Source of the DNA: Eledone cirrhosa
Lineage: Eukaryota
Direction of reading: 5' to 3'
Length of the DNA: 64,000 bases
NCBI GenBank assembly: GCA_964016885.1
Contig: OZ024756.1
Span: 27,032,001 to 27,096,000, forward strand
Part shown: positions 1 to 16,746 of the stretch, one piece after another
Layout of the letters: every line of letters starts with the position of its first letter
Position numbering within the stretch: the first letter of the stretch is position 1
Translations under genes and position numbers: made by a program
Notes under the pieces: generated by a model
The model's input: only the letters and a program-made list of their open reading frames with translations
Databases searched by the model: none
What the model was told of the DNA's origin: nothing

Positions 1-135
1 TAGGTAAGAATTTAGAAAATAAAAAAAAAAGAACATACATACATACGTACATATATATACATACATTCAAACATACATACACACATATATATATATAAAT
101 GAATGAAGAATGGCGTGCTGCGTTGTTATATATAT

Positions 136-429
136 ATCATCATTTCATTTTACGTCCGCTTTTTCCCTACTTGCAAGAGTGGGACGGGAACTGATTTTGG
201 CTTGATTTCTACAGCTGGATGCCCTTCCTAACACCAACCTCATTTACAGTGAGTGCTGGGTGCTTTTTTGCCGTGGCAGCTCCACAACCACTTTACAGCT
301 GAGTAAACTGGAGCAATGTGAAATAAAGTGTCTTGCTCAAAGAAACAACACAGCACCCGGTCTGAGAATTAAACTCACAACCTTTCGATTGCAAGGCCAA
401 TGCTCTAACCACTAAGCCATGTGCCTCCA

Positions 430-430
<1 letters not shown>
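136..430 (-). mobile_element. tRNA-derived SINE family A (CORE-like middle, RTE-like tail)
   Basis: Head GGCACATGGCTTAGTGGTTAGAGCATTGGCC...; tail ...GGACGTAAAATGA(TGA)n; 5 copies in the window. Confidence 0.85.
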
Positions 431-3875
<3,445 letters not shown>

Positions 3876-4394
3876 CTAGAAAGATCTGCCATCTGGTTGA
3901 TTGGAGTTATTCTTAGAAATGATACATGGCTTTTCAATTTATCTTAAGTAAAATTGTTGTAGAACTTGGAATTCTTACCATTGTTTATGCCAAACAATCT
4001 GAAACTTTCTCTGGTTTTACAGCAAAAGATTGTTTTAATCCTTTACCATTTATATTACTCTATATATACTATTATATTTTCACAGTAATGGCTTTACCTT
4101 ACATAATTATCTCATAATATCGAATCTATGAGATTTTGATAATATTTATTTTGAGAACAGTATCTCAACATCACTATGAGTGGCTGGTTACAGCCACTTT
4201 GAACAGAAAGAGACGAGAGAATTCTGGCCGGATATGGCCAGTTTATATGCTAAAGGGTTAAATTGTTTATATTTCTCTAAAAATAGAAATTCTATTCATA
4301 ATTTTATGTAAGAACCTTAGTTAAGTTATGTTCCAATCACTAACTTAATGATGAGAAAGTCAGTCATATTACTAAATCCCTTGCTCAAAGATAT

Positions 4395-4615
4395 CTCTGG
4401 TTCTACTGAATAAAGCCAACTCGGGCTCTGCTGCCTGCATTGTGAAGGAGAGGAAGATAGTCAAATACCAAGGCCTGACTGATCACTTCCTCTTTGTACC
4501 AGTCTCTGTCAAGACCTCTGGTGTCTTCGACCCCCCCCCTCCCCCATATTGCTGATTTCCTCCATAAAGTCGGAAAGATGACAGCCTGCTTGAGGAAGGT
4601 ATCTCGTGGTGTCTC
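4395..4615 (+). mobile_element. fragment of an RLE-type (CRE-like) non-LTR retrotransposon
   Basis: AACIVKERKIVKYQGL..HFLFVPVSVKTSGVF resembles the KxxKY...FxPxxxETxG endonuclease block. Confidence 0.55.
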
Positions 4616-5389
4616 TGTTGGAAGATTTTAATATAAATTGGAAATCTTTAATGTGGGTGATTTTATTTCATAGAACCAGAGCCGGTTGTGGCCGGATTGG
4701 TAACTAAAAGGTTAATGTGATGTAGTCATAGTGTTTTATATTTTTCAATAATGTTTTTCTAATGTGATTTCATGTGGTACAGAGTGTGAAGAGTTAAACA
4801 ACCTTTCTCCCAGGCTTCTCATATCTCTTGGACGCCATGCTTTCTAGCATAGTTACGTCCCTTTACAGTCTGAGTTCAAATCCCGTCGAGGTTAACTTTG
4901 CCTTTCATCCTTATAGGGTTGATAAAATAAAGTACCAGTAATGTACTAGGTAATTGCAGGCTTTGTGCCAAAAGTAAAAACAATTATTATTTTGGTGAAT
5001 TGGCAGTATTGGTAGAGGGTCAGACATGCTTTCCAGCGTAGTTACGTCCCTTTACGATCTGAGTTCAAATCCCGCTGAGGTTAATTTTGCCTTTCATCCT
5101 TACGGGGTTGATAAAATAAAATACCAGTAATGTACTGGGTAGTTGCTGGCCTTGTGCCAAAAGTAGAAACAATTATTATTTTGGTAAAGTTTATATGCAT
5201 TTTTTTTTAAACTTCTATTTTATTACCTAACTCCGTGTAGTTGATTATTTGTCTATTATTTCTTCATAGTTACATTTTAAACTTATAGCCTCATTTAAAT
5301 GATTATTTATGTGGTTGATTTATATGGACTACGGAGGGAGAGGAAATACTGTATATATTTTATCTAATAATTCTTCAAACTTGCAATTT

Positions 5390-5421
<32 letters not shown>

Positions 5422-5428
5422 TATATAC

Positions 5429-5459
<31 letters not shown>

Positions 5460-5517
5460 ATATATATCCATGCTGTGTCTCATCTCATCATTTTTCTATT
5501 TCTCTCTTTCTTTCCAG

Positions 5518-5653
5518 TTTTAATACCAGTCTCTGCTGCAGCACAATGCACAAATGCATTAACACAAGCTCTAAACTGCATTAACAGTGGAAATCGACAG
5601 AACAAAAGAGTGATTGATGATGGCAATGTTGAGCAAGCTGCAAAAGATTGTCG
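5518..5653 (+). CDS. Cys-rich protein exon (LIPVSAAAQC...AKDCR)
   Basis: tttccag acceptor; CG|gtaagt donor. Confidence 0.8.
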
Positions 5654-6680
5654 GTAAGTAAAAGGGTTTATTGCTATAACTTATTAATTAGACATGCCCT
5701 TCTTCATTGCTTGCCACTAATTATGTCTTAGTTGGATTGGCAGTTCGGTAGAGGGTCAGTCACCATGCTTTGCAGCAAGGAGTTATGGCCCTTTATGGTC
5801 TGAGTTGAAATCCCGCCGAGGTTAACTTTGCTTTTCATCCTTACGGGGTCGATAAAATAAAGTACCAGTAATACACTGGCATAATTGCTGACCTTGTGCC
5901 AAAAGTAGAAACAATTGTTAGAGCGTCAGACACCATGCTTTTCAGCATAGAGTTACGGCCCTTTGCAGTCTGAGTTCAAATCCTGCTGAAGTTAGCTTTG
6001 CCTTTCATCCTTGCGGGGTCGATAAAATAAAGTACCAGTAATACACTGGCATAATTGCTGACCTTGTGCCAAAAGTAGAAACAATTGTTAGAGCGTCAGA
6101 CACCATGCTTTTCAGCATAGAGTTACGGCCCTTTGCAGTCTGAGTTCAAATCCTGCTGAAGTTAGCTTTGCCTTTCATCCTTGCGGGGTCGATAAAATAA
6201 AGTACCAGTAATACACTGGTATAATTGCTGGCCTTGTGCCAAAAGTAGAAACAATTGTTAGAGCGTCAGACACCATGCTTTTCAGCATAGAGTTACGGCC
6301 CTTTGCAGTCTGAGTTCAAATCCTGCTGAAGTTAGCTTTGCCTTTCATCCTTGCGGGGTCGATAAAATAAAGTACCAGTAATACACTGGGATAATTGCTG
6401 GCCTTGTGCCAAAAGTAAAAACAATTATTAGAAAATATATTTATGGTTTCTTTCAGGAATGGACATTTTCATAAATCAGTGGACTGTCTTGAAGAAGTGT
6501 TAGAAAGATGTAAAAATGACGAGAATTATGGGGAGATGTTACAAAAATATGTCGATATTGACAACAGAAGGAAAAGTGTCAACTATTTATGTGAAAATCT
6601 TGGGGGTAAGTTTTCTGCTTCTTATATTATCACTACAACCTGTAGGTACACATTCATCTTCATCACCATTACAACCACCT

Positions 6681-6714
<34 letters not shown>

Positions 6715-8813
6715 CAACACCGCCTCCACAGCCACTGCTACTACTACACCCCGCTCCCCTGACCTAACAATAGCAGCAAAATAATGTCTCTATCGCCATT
6801 ACAAGCACCAAGGCCACCATGATGAACACCACCACCAACACCATGCATACCACCACCGCCACCACCATGCATACCACCGCCAACACCATGCATACCACCA
6901 CCACCACCACCACCACCACCATGCATACCACCACCACCATCACCATGCATATCACCACTACCACACACACCACCACTACCACACACACACACCACCACTA
7001 CCACACACACCACCACTACCACACACACACACCACTACCACACACACCACTACCACACACACCACCACACACACCACCACCACACACACCACCACCACAC
7101 ACACCACCACCACCACACACACCACTACCACACACACCACCACTACACGCACCCACCACCACCACCACTACCACACCACTACCGCACCACCACCACACCC
7201 ACCACCACACACACCACCACACACCACCACCACCACACACTCACTGCAACCACACACATACCACACCACCACACACACCACCACACACTCACTGCAACCA
7301 CACACACACCACACCACCACACCCACCACCACACACCACCACACACACCACCACCACCACCACCACCACACACTCACTGCAACCACACACACACCACACC
7401 ACCACCACCACTACCACACCACCACCACACCCACCACCACCACCACACACACACCACCACCACCACCACCACCACACACTCACTGCAACCACACACACAA
7501 AAACTACCACCACCACTACCACACCACCACCACACCCACCACCACCACCACACACCACCACACACCACCACACACACACCACCACCACCACCACCACCAC
7601 CACCACACACACCACTACCACACACACCACCACTACACACACCCACCACCACCACCACTACCACACACACCACACCACTACCACACACACCACACCACTA
7701 CCACACCACCACCACACCCACCACCACCACACACACACCACCGCACACCACCACACACACACCACCACCACCACACACTCACTGCAACCACACACACAAA
7801 AACTACCACTACCCTCATTATCCTAATCATTTTTATCCTCATCAATGTAATTATGTTGTAGCTTTGAAGTATCATAGTACCTGTATCAGAAATGTCAGTC
7901 AAGAGATAGTGGACTGTACAAGACGAAGACATATGATGCAGATGAAACAACATAATGGTAACAAAAACAAAAGTCATATTCACAGCATCTGTAGGTAGGT
8001 ATTATATGTTGTTGTTTTTTACATTTTGTCTATCATAATATAATAAACGGAGGAGTGCGGGACTGTGTCCTGAATATCATCATTCATCATCATTTCATTT
8101 TACGTCCACTTTTCCCTGCTTGCAAGGGTGGGACGGGAACTGATTCTGGCTTGATTTCTACAGCTGGATGCCCTTCCTAACACCAACCTCATTTACAGTG
8201 AGTGTTGGGTGCTTTTTTTGCCGTGGCACCTCCACGACCACTTTGCAGTGGAATGATAGGGACCCCAGTCACTATCCTCTCATTTCTACAGCTGAGTAAA
8301 CTGGAGCAATGTGAAATAAAGTGCCTTGCTCAAGGAAACAACACATCACCCGGTCTGTGAATTGAACTCACAACCTTTCGATTGCAAGGCCAATGCTCTA
8401 ACCACTAAGCCATGTGCCTCCATTTATTTTTATCCCATTAGTAAAATAAGTTGGATTACTTTGAATAAATAATGAATGAATATTACATAATTTATCTATT
8501 AAATTTCGTAGCTGTTGATTAAACATAAATATTCTTATATATAATGTCACTGGACCGAGATCTTTGGCGCTACACAGTCATACAGAAGACCCGCCTTGCC
8601 TAAGTACAAAGCGAAACCTACAGTCAGTAGGCACCTCTAACAAAATACACCCCGTCACAGCTCTGATATAGTAAATATAGAGTAATGTGGATGCTAAAGG
8701 GTTAAGTTCAAGTTCGCTATGATAAAAATGGTGCTCCTGAATACAGATTATGTCAATGTTCTGCTTATCAGCAGGTCTAGTAAGTTCTGATAGTTGGTTG
8801 ATAATAATAATAA

Positions 8814-8848
<35 letters not shown>

Positions 8849-9172
8849 CTACTACTACTACTACTACTACTATCATTTCATTCCTTCTACGATTATTGAC
8901 TTTTTTTTTCTATTTTTTATTTTTATTTTTACATTTTCTCTTTTTTCTTCCTTCTGGTCAGCTTCACAAAAATATCATTGGAATGCTATGAGAAAATTCT
9001 GGAGAGCAAATGTGGAGAAGAGGCCAACAACTTTTTGTACAATGTGATGACTGGTTCGTCACCCCCGATCTGTAAGCAACTCAATGATAATGGAACGACC
9101 AGGACTCAGTCATTCTGTTTGACAGTTTTCATGTCATTAGCTACCGTGTTGCTATCATTCATGTTAAGATAA
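5518..9172 (+). CDS. Cys-rich, probably secreted/GPI-anchored protein (spliced; 5' exon with signal peptide not located)
   Basis: Exons 5518-5653, 6457-6605, 7862-7994 and 8962-9172 join in frame with GT-AG sites (phases 1/2/1/2). They give ~209 aa: VLIPVSAAAQCTNALTQALNC...KDCRNGHFHKSVDC...ERC...YLCENLGALKYHSTC...VDC...SICSFTKISLEC...SKC...PPICKQLNDNGTTRTQSFCLTVFMSLATVLLSFMLR*. It has 12 ectodomain Cys and a hydrophobic C-terminal tail. The TAG|GTAAGA donor at positions 1-9 may end the missing exon (inference). Confidence 0.8.
5731..6430 (+). mobile_element. SINE family B tandem array (1 full copy plus three 170-bp units)
   Basis: Core GAGTTCAAATCC...GCCTTTCATCCTT(A/G)CGGGGTCGATAAAATAAAGTACC (Meta-domain-like); more than 25 copies in the window, e.g. 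1369-1560, 4837-5182, 17556-18845, 33018-33396, 60232-61306. Confidence 0.85.
6457..6605 (+). CDS. Cys-rich protein exon (NGHFHKSVDC...YLCENLG)
   Basis: tttcag acceptor; G|gtaagt donor; phase matches neighbours. Confidence 0.8.
6680..7815. repeat. complex (CAC)/(CA) microsatellite in a gene 1 intron
   Basis: Visible low-complexity tract between exons 6605 and 7862. Confidence 0.95.
7862..7994 (+). CDS. Cys-rich protein exon (LKYHSTCIRNVSQEIVDC...HSIC)
   Basis: ttgtag acceptor; AG|gtaggt donor; bridges phase 1 to phase 2; absent from the ORF track. Confidence 0.78.
8076..8423 (-). mobile_element. SINE family A copy
   Basis: Near-identical to 16747-17090. Confidence 0.85.
8962..9172 (+). CDS. 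Cys-rich protein last exon with hydrophobic GPI-signal-like tail
   Basis: Polypyrimidine tract plus tcag acceptor; FTKISLECYEK...LLSFMLR then TAA. Confidence 0.8.
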
Positions 9173-9221
9173 AATGACTTAGTCATCCACTTAATTTTAT
9201 ATATATATACACAGACATACA

Positions 9222-9260
<39 letters not shown>

Positions 9261-9265
<5 letters not shown>

Positions 9266-9671
9266 TAAACGGAATAGAAAATGCTGACAAATTGTTCACA
9301 GTTGAAAAATGGTTTAATTAGGAATAAAAGAGTATTAGTGATTGTATGGGTTAGTATTCAGTTGTGGTTTTAAGTTTTTAAGTTTTTACCGGTTGCGCAT
9401 TTCTAAATGCTTTTCAAAAATAATTTTGAGATAGAGTGTCCATGCTGTTTGCTCTGATCAGAGCAAACAGCAGATCAGAGCAAACAGCACGGACACTCTA
9501 TCTCAAAATTATTTTTGAAAAGCATTTAGAAATGCGCAACCGGTAAAAACTTAAAAACTTAAAACCACAACTGAATACTAACCCATACAATCACTAATAC
9601 TCTTTTATTCCTAATTAAACCATTTTTCAACTGTGAACAATTTGTCAGCATTTTCTATTCCGTTTACCAAT
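9261..9671. repeat. near-perfect inverted repeat (197-bp arms, 1 mismatch, 17-bp central duplication)
   Basis: 9261-9457 is the reverse complement of 9475-9671. Confidence 0.97.
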
Positions 9672-9700
9672 ATATAATAACTTGTGTGTTACACCTCTAT

Positions 9701-9799
<99 letters not shown>

Positions 9800-9800
9800 A

Positions 9801-9835
<35 letters not shown>

Positions 9836-9931
9836 ATATGTGTTAAATATATATATATATTTATCATTATCATCTTTTTAAGCTCCCTCCTCCATGTTTT
9901 ATGATGATAAGGAGATGATGATGATGATATA

Positions 9932-9972
<41 letters not shown>

Positions 9973-11384
9973 TATTCCAGCAATATATACACTATTCCAA
10001 ATGTACGACCCAACAAGAATGCTTCCCCGCTGTACGTGATTACTTGTTCTGCTAGCAATAGCATTCATATCTCCCTCAAATGACACACTCCCTTATCACC
10101 TCAGAAAAAAGAAATATTTGATTTAAAAAAACAAAAAAACAATGAAAATGTGAAAGTATGTTGTTGTTTGGTCCTGGTTATAACTGGAATGGTATTTTAC
10201 TCACCTGGAGTCTAAACAACAACAACAACATACACAGTACTATACTGACGAACTGCAGCTGGCCAACACCCACATCTGTTGACTACATGTGATATATAAT
10301 ATCTATATTGAAAAAGGCCTCAACAGCATATTTCTTTAAAATCATCATAAATAGCAATACACGTCCAGTACAGTTATTTATTATTGTCGCCCTACTCACT
10401 TCTTTTCCCTCCCTTTTTCTATGCTTTGTACAAAACATGATGATGATGATGATCAGGATGATAATTGAGTATATATTGAGCAATGTGCACTAAGGGCTGT
10501 TATTTAGTCCCCATTTCATCACTGAACAAGCAGGCCTATCATCTCAGACATTCCACCTGTGGCCATCCTGTATTTAGGACTTACATCATACAACATGACC
10601 TTCCATTTCTTTTTAAAGTCAAGACAGTATGGTCTGGTCTGAGGGAGTTTTGGTTGCTATTTCTAGCAGGCCAAGCAACCCTGTAGAGGCTCTCTCTCCC
10701 CAGGGTCAACGGTGCTGGTAGTTAATTTTCTTCAATTTTATTGCTGTCTTAACTCTTTTGATACCAACCTAGCCAAAACTCACTGGTTCTATGAAACAAA
10801 CCACCCATTTTAAAGGGTTCCTGTTTAAATTGAAATCTTGAAACATAATTTTATACAGGAATCACATGTTAAGTTATTACCTTAGTAAAGAAATACTAAT
10901 TAATTTTAATAAATCCTTCAAAATCCTTAATTAATTAATTGAAATACAGTATATTTCATTAGAAATATGGTCCTGAAAGTGTTAAGCAAGTAGATGAGGT
11001 ATTATATAAGGTATGTGACAGGTAGTTTTTCCCACATGGAAGAATTGGACTCAGTACTTCAAGAAAATGAAGAACTAAGAAATAGTTAATTATACCAACC
11101 TGTGATACATATTTAAATAGTTAGCTAGACTAATGTATTCAGAAAGGATAAAATTCTAAATATGAGGAAACTTTTGCTTATAGCGACAGCATGTTTTCAT
11201 GTTCTTCCTCATTCTCAGACTAATCTAAACTTGATAATAAAAAAATGATTCCTTGCATGGTTGGCAACAGTACAGTCATTCAATTTCATTTTTTTTTTGG
11301 CCAAAAATAGAGGGTCAACTTTTACCCGAGATATGTGAAAAAATCTAATTTTATGAACCCTGGAGAATTGACAGCAATTCTTCT

Positions 11385-11655
11385 TGTGACGCTAAACTCC
11401 ACCAGTTGCAGATTGCGCATTAACATGTGATATATCTCTCCACAAAGTTCGATCACCAGTAGCAGAGTTCAAAGAGCAAAGATAAAGTCCAGTCCATAAG
11501 CTGATATTGTCAAGCCATCGTTTTGGCTGCAGGACTCTGCTTCTCTTACCAGCCAACCTTCCTTCCAGGCATAACCTACTCACACCATGAGTTGATCTCT
11601 TTATATGGCCGTATAGTTTGAGTATTCTTGACTTGACAATTGATGTAATTGACAA
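11385..11655 (-). mobile_element. RTE-type LINE 3' fragment
   Basis: LKLYGHIKR...LEGRLAGKRSR..PKRWLDNI...DRTLWR. Confidence 0.8.
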
Positions 11656-11656
11656 T

Positions 11657-11869
11657 ACAGTCAGTCAAATTCAGTTATACTGTGAAATTCAATTATAATG
11701 AAATTCATGGGGTATAAAAAAAAATTTGTTGTAACGAAAAATTCTTTATAACGAGATCAACTGAAACAAATTGAATGTTTGTTTGTTATTACTTCAGGGA
11801 TTGAACAAAATTTTGTTATACTGAAAAATTTGTTATAATGGTATTCATTAGAACAGAATTTTGCCTGTA
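11657..11869. mobile_element. Tigger/pogo-like MITE; inverted copy at ~24895-25063
   Basis: TA-CAG...CTG-TA ends; repeated GTTATAAC motifs shared by both copies. Confidence 0.6.
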
Positions 11870-12478
11870 ATTATTTTATCAACCCTGGAGAATTGACAAA
11901 GTTGACTCTGGTAGAATTTGAACCCACGACATAAGTAATGACTGCAAGGAATCATACAGTATTTTATCTTATGTTTTATCGACACTAACTCTCCTGCCCC
12001 TCTATCGTCTGCTCTCTATAATATCCGATTTCAGATTGACTTTGGACCATTTTTGGCACTGGTAAAAACACAAAGTAGAAGTCTGAAACTGCCAGCCTGT
12101 ATTTATTGATATAAAACAAACAAAAAATAATGAAAATTATCTATATGATCATCTTTAACTGTAATTGCTCCATCGACCAATTCTGAGACAAATGTCAATT
12201 TTTACCGGCTTCTTATTGAAGCCAAATTAAGTTATTGCTCTTCTTTTTCATTCAAAGAAAATAAAAATTCTTAATTTTAAATAAATCCTCCATTCCTAAA
12301 CATATTTTGTCCACAAATTCATTGACTCTTTTCATTTTACTCAAGAAGACCACAGCGATCACAGTTTCTTTGTTATTTTGTATGCAACCCCAGCTCAATG
12401 TTAAAAGTTGACATCTGTGAAAAGGCTGCAATCATATAACACAAAACTCATATACACACACACACACACACACACACA

Positions 12479-12674
12479 TACGAGAGGGTGCTGAAAAGTT
12501 CCTGGCTTTAAGGATATCACGAACGGGTAGAGCTGTTACCTTTACAGGGGAGGTAGGACTGCTGCAATAAGTATGTGAATCTGAAAGGGGAATATGTTGA
12601 ATAAAATCATAATTAACTGATCTTCCTGTATTTTCTTTTACCCAAAGCCAGGAACTTTTCATCACACCTTCGTA
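12479..12674. mobile_element. mariner-type MITE (TA TSD); related element at 42812-43010
   Basis: TIRs CGAGAGGGTGCTGAAAAGTTCCTGGCTTT and AAAGCCAGGAACTTTTCATCACACCTTCG. Confidence 0.75.
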
Positions 12675-13378
12675 TATATATATACAGTTATTCTCCGGTA
12701 TTCGCGTTCCTAGAGCACCCGCAAAGAGTGAAAAACCATGAATATACAATGTGGTCCATAAAACATAACAAAAAATATAGGCCAGCAAATATGGTATATT
12801 GTTAGTGATAATTTAGCGTTAAAAAGCATGGAAAAATATATATTGCCATGAAAAAAGCCATTAAAAAATCACAATGTATTTACGATTCCGCAAATACGCG
12901 GTGGTTTCTATGAACAATTATTGGTTAGGTTAAGGAAACTCCACAAATCCCGGAAGTACAGTGTATATTCATTTAACCCCAAAATACATATACTGCAGAC
13001 AAGATGAATATTCTAAAGCTTAAATGTTTAAAATGTCTGAAATAAGTTCTTAATAACATCTTTTGTTTTTCATAGTATTAAGTTCGTATTGAAGGGGTGG
13101 ATAGTTTGAAAAATTATATCCAAATTCTACTGATATTCTAACAATATTCTAATGTTGTTATATATTTTAATTAGTTTAATATTATTCACCTAAGTTTTCA
13201 TTTAAAAAAAAGATATTTTAGATGCACATAAATCAATTTATGGGTTCCCATAACGCATCAGGTTACAATTTCAAGATTATTGAATGCAAAATTAAAAAAA
13301 CACATACACACACACAAAAAAAAAAAAAGATACAAACCCAATATTTCATGACAATCAGATATGTTGATTTCATTTTTT

Positions 13379-13640
13379 TTAACCCTTTAGTTAGTAACCA
13401 AGCCAAAAGCAGCTCTGGTTCTCAGAAACAAAACGACTCAAAGGTTTCCAATTTAAATTAAAATCTTCCAACATAATTTTATATAAGACCCTTACATGAC
13501 CACATTTCTTGTTATTTCATGGGTTAAGTTTTTATCTTAGGAAAGAAATAATTAATAATTTTAGTAAATCACTCAAAATTCTTCATTAATTAATTAAAAT
13601 AAAGTATATTTCATTAGAAATGTGGTCATGAAAGGGTTAA
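13379..13640. mobile_element. second TTAA/CCCTTT MITE family (also ~10749-10985 and ~35858-36030)
   Basis: TTAA-CCCTTT...AAAGGG-TTAA termini; shared internal sequence. Confidence 0.65.
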
Positions 13641-14636
13641 AGAAATTATTCATGTTTACTTCGTAATTTTTTCAGAATATTTATTCATTCTGTGCTGTAT
13701 GTATTTTTGGTTTATTTAACCATACAATAGCTGTCGTATGCTTATGATTTCAATAAATTAAAAGTAAAAAAAAATAAAAATGCTATGTGATTGATACTTA
13801 AATATTGATTTTAGAATATTTATTTTTCACTATGGAATGTGTATAAATATATGTGTGTGTGTGTATGTATGCAGCATGTATCATCACCATCATCATCATC
13901 GTCGATTAACTTCTATCTTCCATGCTACCAAGGGTTAGACGGGTTTGTCCCAATTAGAGGCAAGTTGGGTCGGGTGACTGTGTCTCGCCCATATAAGAGA
14001 GTTTCTGGCTGGTTTTCTACGGCTGGATGCCCTTCCTAATGCCAACCACATTGACAGTGTGTGCTGGGTGCTTTTTGTCATGACACCTACATAATCTCTA
14101 TGTATGTATCATCATCATCATCATCATCCTCGTTTAACGTCCACTTTCCACGCTAGCATGGGTTAGACTTGAGGCAAGGTTGGTCGGGTGACCATGTCTC
14201 GCTCATATAGGACTATCTGGCAAGACACGGTTAACCCCGCCGAGGTTAACTTTACCTTTCATCCTTACGGGGTCTATAAAATAAAGTACCAGTAATGCAC
14301 TGGGTAATTGCTGGCCTTGTGCCTAAAGTAGAAACAATTATTAATAACTGCATTGTTTCTTTCCAGGAACTATGTTACAAAATAAACCTCATTTGGTCAT
14401 TCCATGAGAGCATCTTGGTCAGCCAACTGTCATTGCATGTTGTATGGTTGTAATGTTAACTGTCTTTGACATTGACCACAGTTTAGAAGTAAGATGGATG
14501 TATATAGCCACCGACATCACTTCCTTGGGTATTTCATATTTCAATATTGCCCTCATTCATGACTATTGCTAATTGCTAACTCTGTACATCTCCCATTTCT
14601 AGTGTGAACCGCAGTCAATCTACTGGTTAATCACTG

Positions 14637-14713
<77 letters not shown>

Positions 14714-15244
14714 CGCACATGTGTGCGTATGTATATATATATATATATTTATTTATTAAAATAACAGATTAAAGTTTAAACAAAGAATCGCTGCTTTCCC
14801 CCTTAACGGGATCTTGCTCTATGGGTTTTTATATATATTTATATATATATAATCCTTATCGAGCCCTCTTCTGATTTTAGTCTTCACATTTATTATTACT
14901 ATATATATATATATATATATATGTATGAATGAATGAAGTAATTCCATCGGAAAAGTCCAGGAAAAAAGAGTGCTCTATGTAAGCAACAGAGCTTAATTAT
15001 TATTATTATGTAATAAACAACATAAGGCAATTATTCCATTTACCAGTGGTTTCTTAAAAGCAAAAGGTTTTGCTTTCAATCCTCAGAATGAAAAATCCTG
15101 GTTTGTTTATTGAATATGGATTCTAAAAACCTCTATATATATATATATATATAGCGAATGAAAAGTGGTAAGGAACCAGGTGGACCATAACGCAGAATTA
15201 GCCGTCGAAACGGCTTGAGCTCAGCCGTCGGGGTCTTACTTACT

Positions 15245-15289
<45 letters not shown>

Positions 15290-16746
15290 CAGAATGGATG
15301 CAGTAAAAACCAGTTAGATCATCACTCACCAGAGTACTCGATTCTTGGGGTAGTAGAGTGGGGTAATATGAAAACTTTGTGATCCCGACGGCTGATTCAG
15401 TTTGGATCTAGCTGTTGAAATGGCAGGAGCTCAGCTGTTGGGGTCCCAAATTTTTCATATATATATAGTTTGATAAATGACCACGGAACAAAAAACAGAG
15501 AGGAAGTACAAATGATATGGTTTTTAGTTTCACGCTTGAGAGTGGGGGTATATATATAAGTATATATCATCATCATCAATGTTTAATATCCATTTCCTAC
15601 TCTTCCATGGGTTAGACAAGTTATCACGTTATGGGACAAGTCATGTCAGGTGATCACATCTTGCTCATACAAATCTGTATTTTGGTTTGGTTTCTATGGT
15701 TGGATGCCCTTCCTAATGCCAACCACATTACAGGGTAAACTGGGCACTTTTTCTAGTGCTACCTGCACGGCCACCTTATAGGGTGGACTGGGTGCTTTTT
15801 GTCGTGTTACCAACATGACCACCTTACAGGGTGGACTGAGCACTTTTTGTCATGTCATCAGCACAACCACTTTACAGGGTGCACTGGGTACTTTTTGTCA
15901 TATCACCAGTATGACCACCTTACAGAGTGGACTGGGTGCTTTTTGTTGTGTCACCTGCATGACCACCTTGCAGGGTGGACTGGGTGCTTTTTGTATATAA
16001 TTATATGTGAAAAATAGACATAAAATTTACCTAACTTTTCTTCATAGTCCAGAGGAATTAACTAAATAAATAATCAATTAATCTGAACCAAATCCAAAAT
16101 ATAAGTGTGAAGAAAAAAACATTACAGAATTATTCTCTGTTAGGACCAACTGTTGGCAGTTTCGCTTGTGATACGTAGAAAAAGTGCAAATTTGTTGCAA
16201 TTGCACTTTCTGTATGAAGCTTCAAAATTTTCAAGAGACTCAATTAGGACTAGTTATTTCTAAAGAGATCGCCACCAGCAATAGATTCAAAAAGGGGAAG
16301 TCATCACGTGGCTAATGGTCAAGGTAGTAAGGCAGTATGTGTGTATATATATATATATTCCAAACAACGAACAGCGGAGGACACGTTTCGCACCTTTCCG
16401 ACAGAGAACCCCCCACCCCCCACCCTGGAAAAAAACCCCAGTTGTTGGATGTGAATCCGAAATATATAGAGACAATTAAATCTATCCCAAGGTAACTCTT
16501 TCTCGTGTTGTTATTTTTATTTTTATCCTTTACGCTCATTCCTTCATTCCTCTACATGTTACAGTCTTATACATGCCACACTTCTCAACGGACACCCACT
16601 TACATCTCTCTCTCTCTCCACCACCGGATCGTTACCCGGAGATTTACCCATCTGCATTGTCGAGGCTTCCAAACGACTTAAAGAAATTTACCTTATTATT
16701 CCACAATGCTTCAAGCAAACTTCGATACTCTCTTATATATATATAT

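Noticed and set aside
3926-4117. Hydrophobic ORF as the signal-peptide exon of gene 1
   Set aside because: No suitable phase-1 donor was found, and its 3' half runs into a piggyBac-type MITE.
6819-7826. 335-aa His/Thr/Pro-rich ORF
   Set aside because: (CAC)n repeat lying wholly within an intron of gene 1, bounded by good splice sites.
12250-12425. Minus-strand open stretch after an acceptor-like TTGCAG (PFHRCQLLTLSWGC...)
   Set aside because: No recognisable similarity or partner exons; unsupported.
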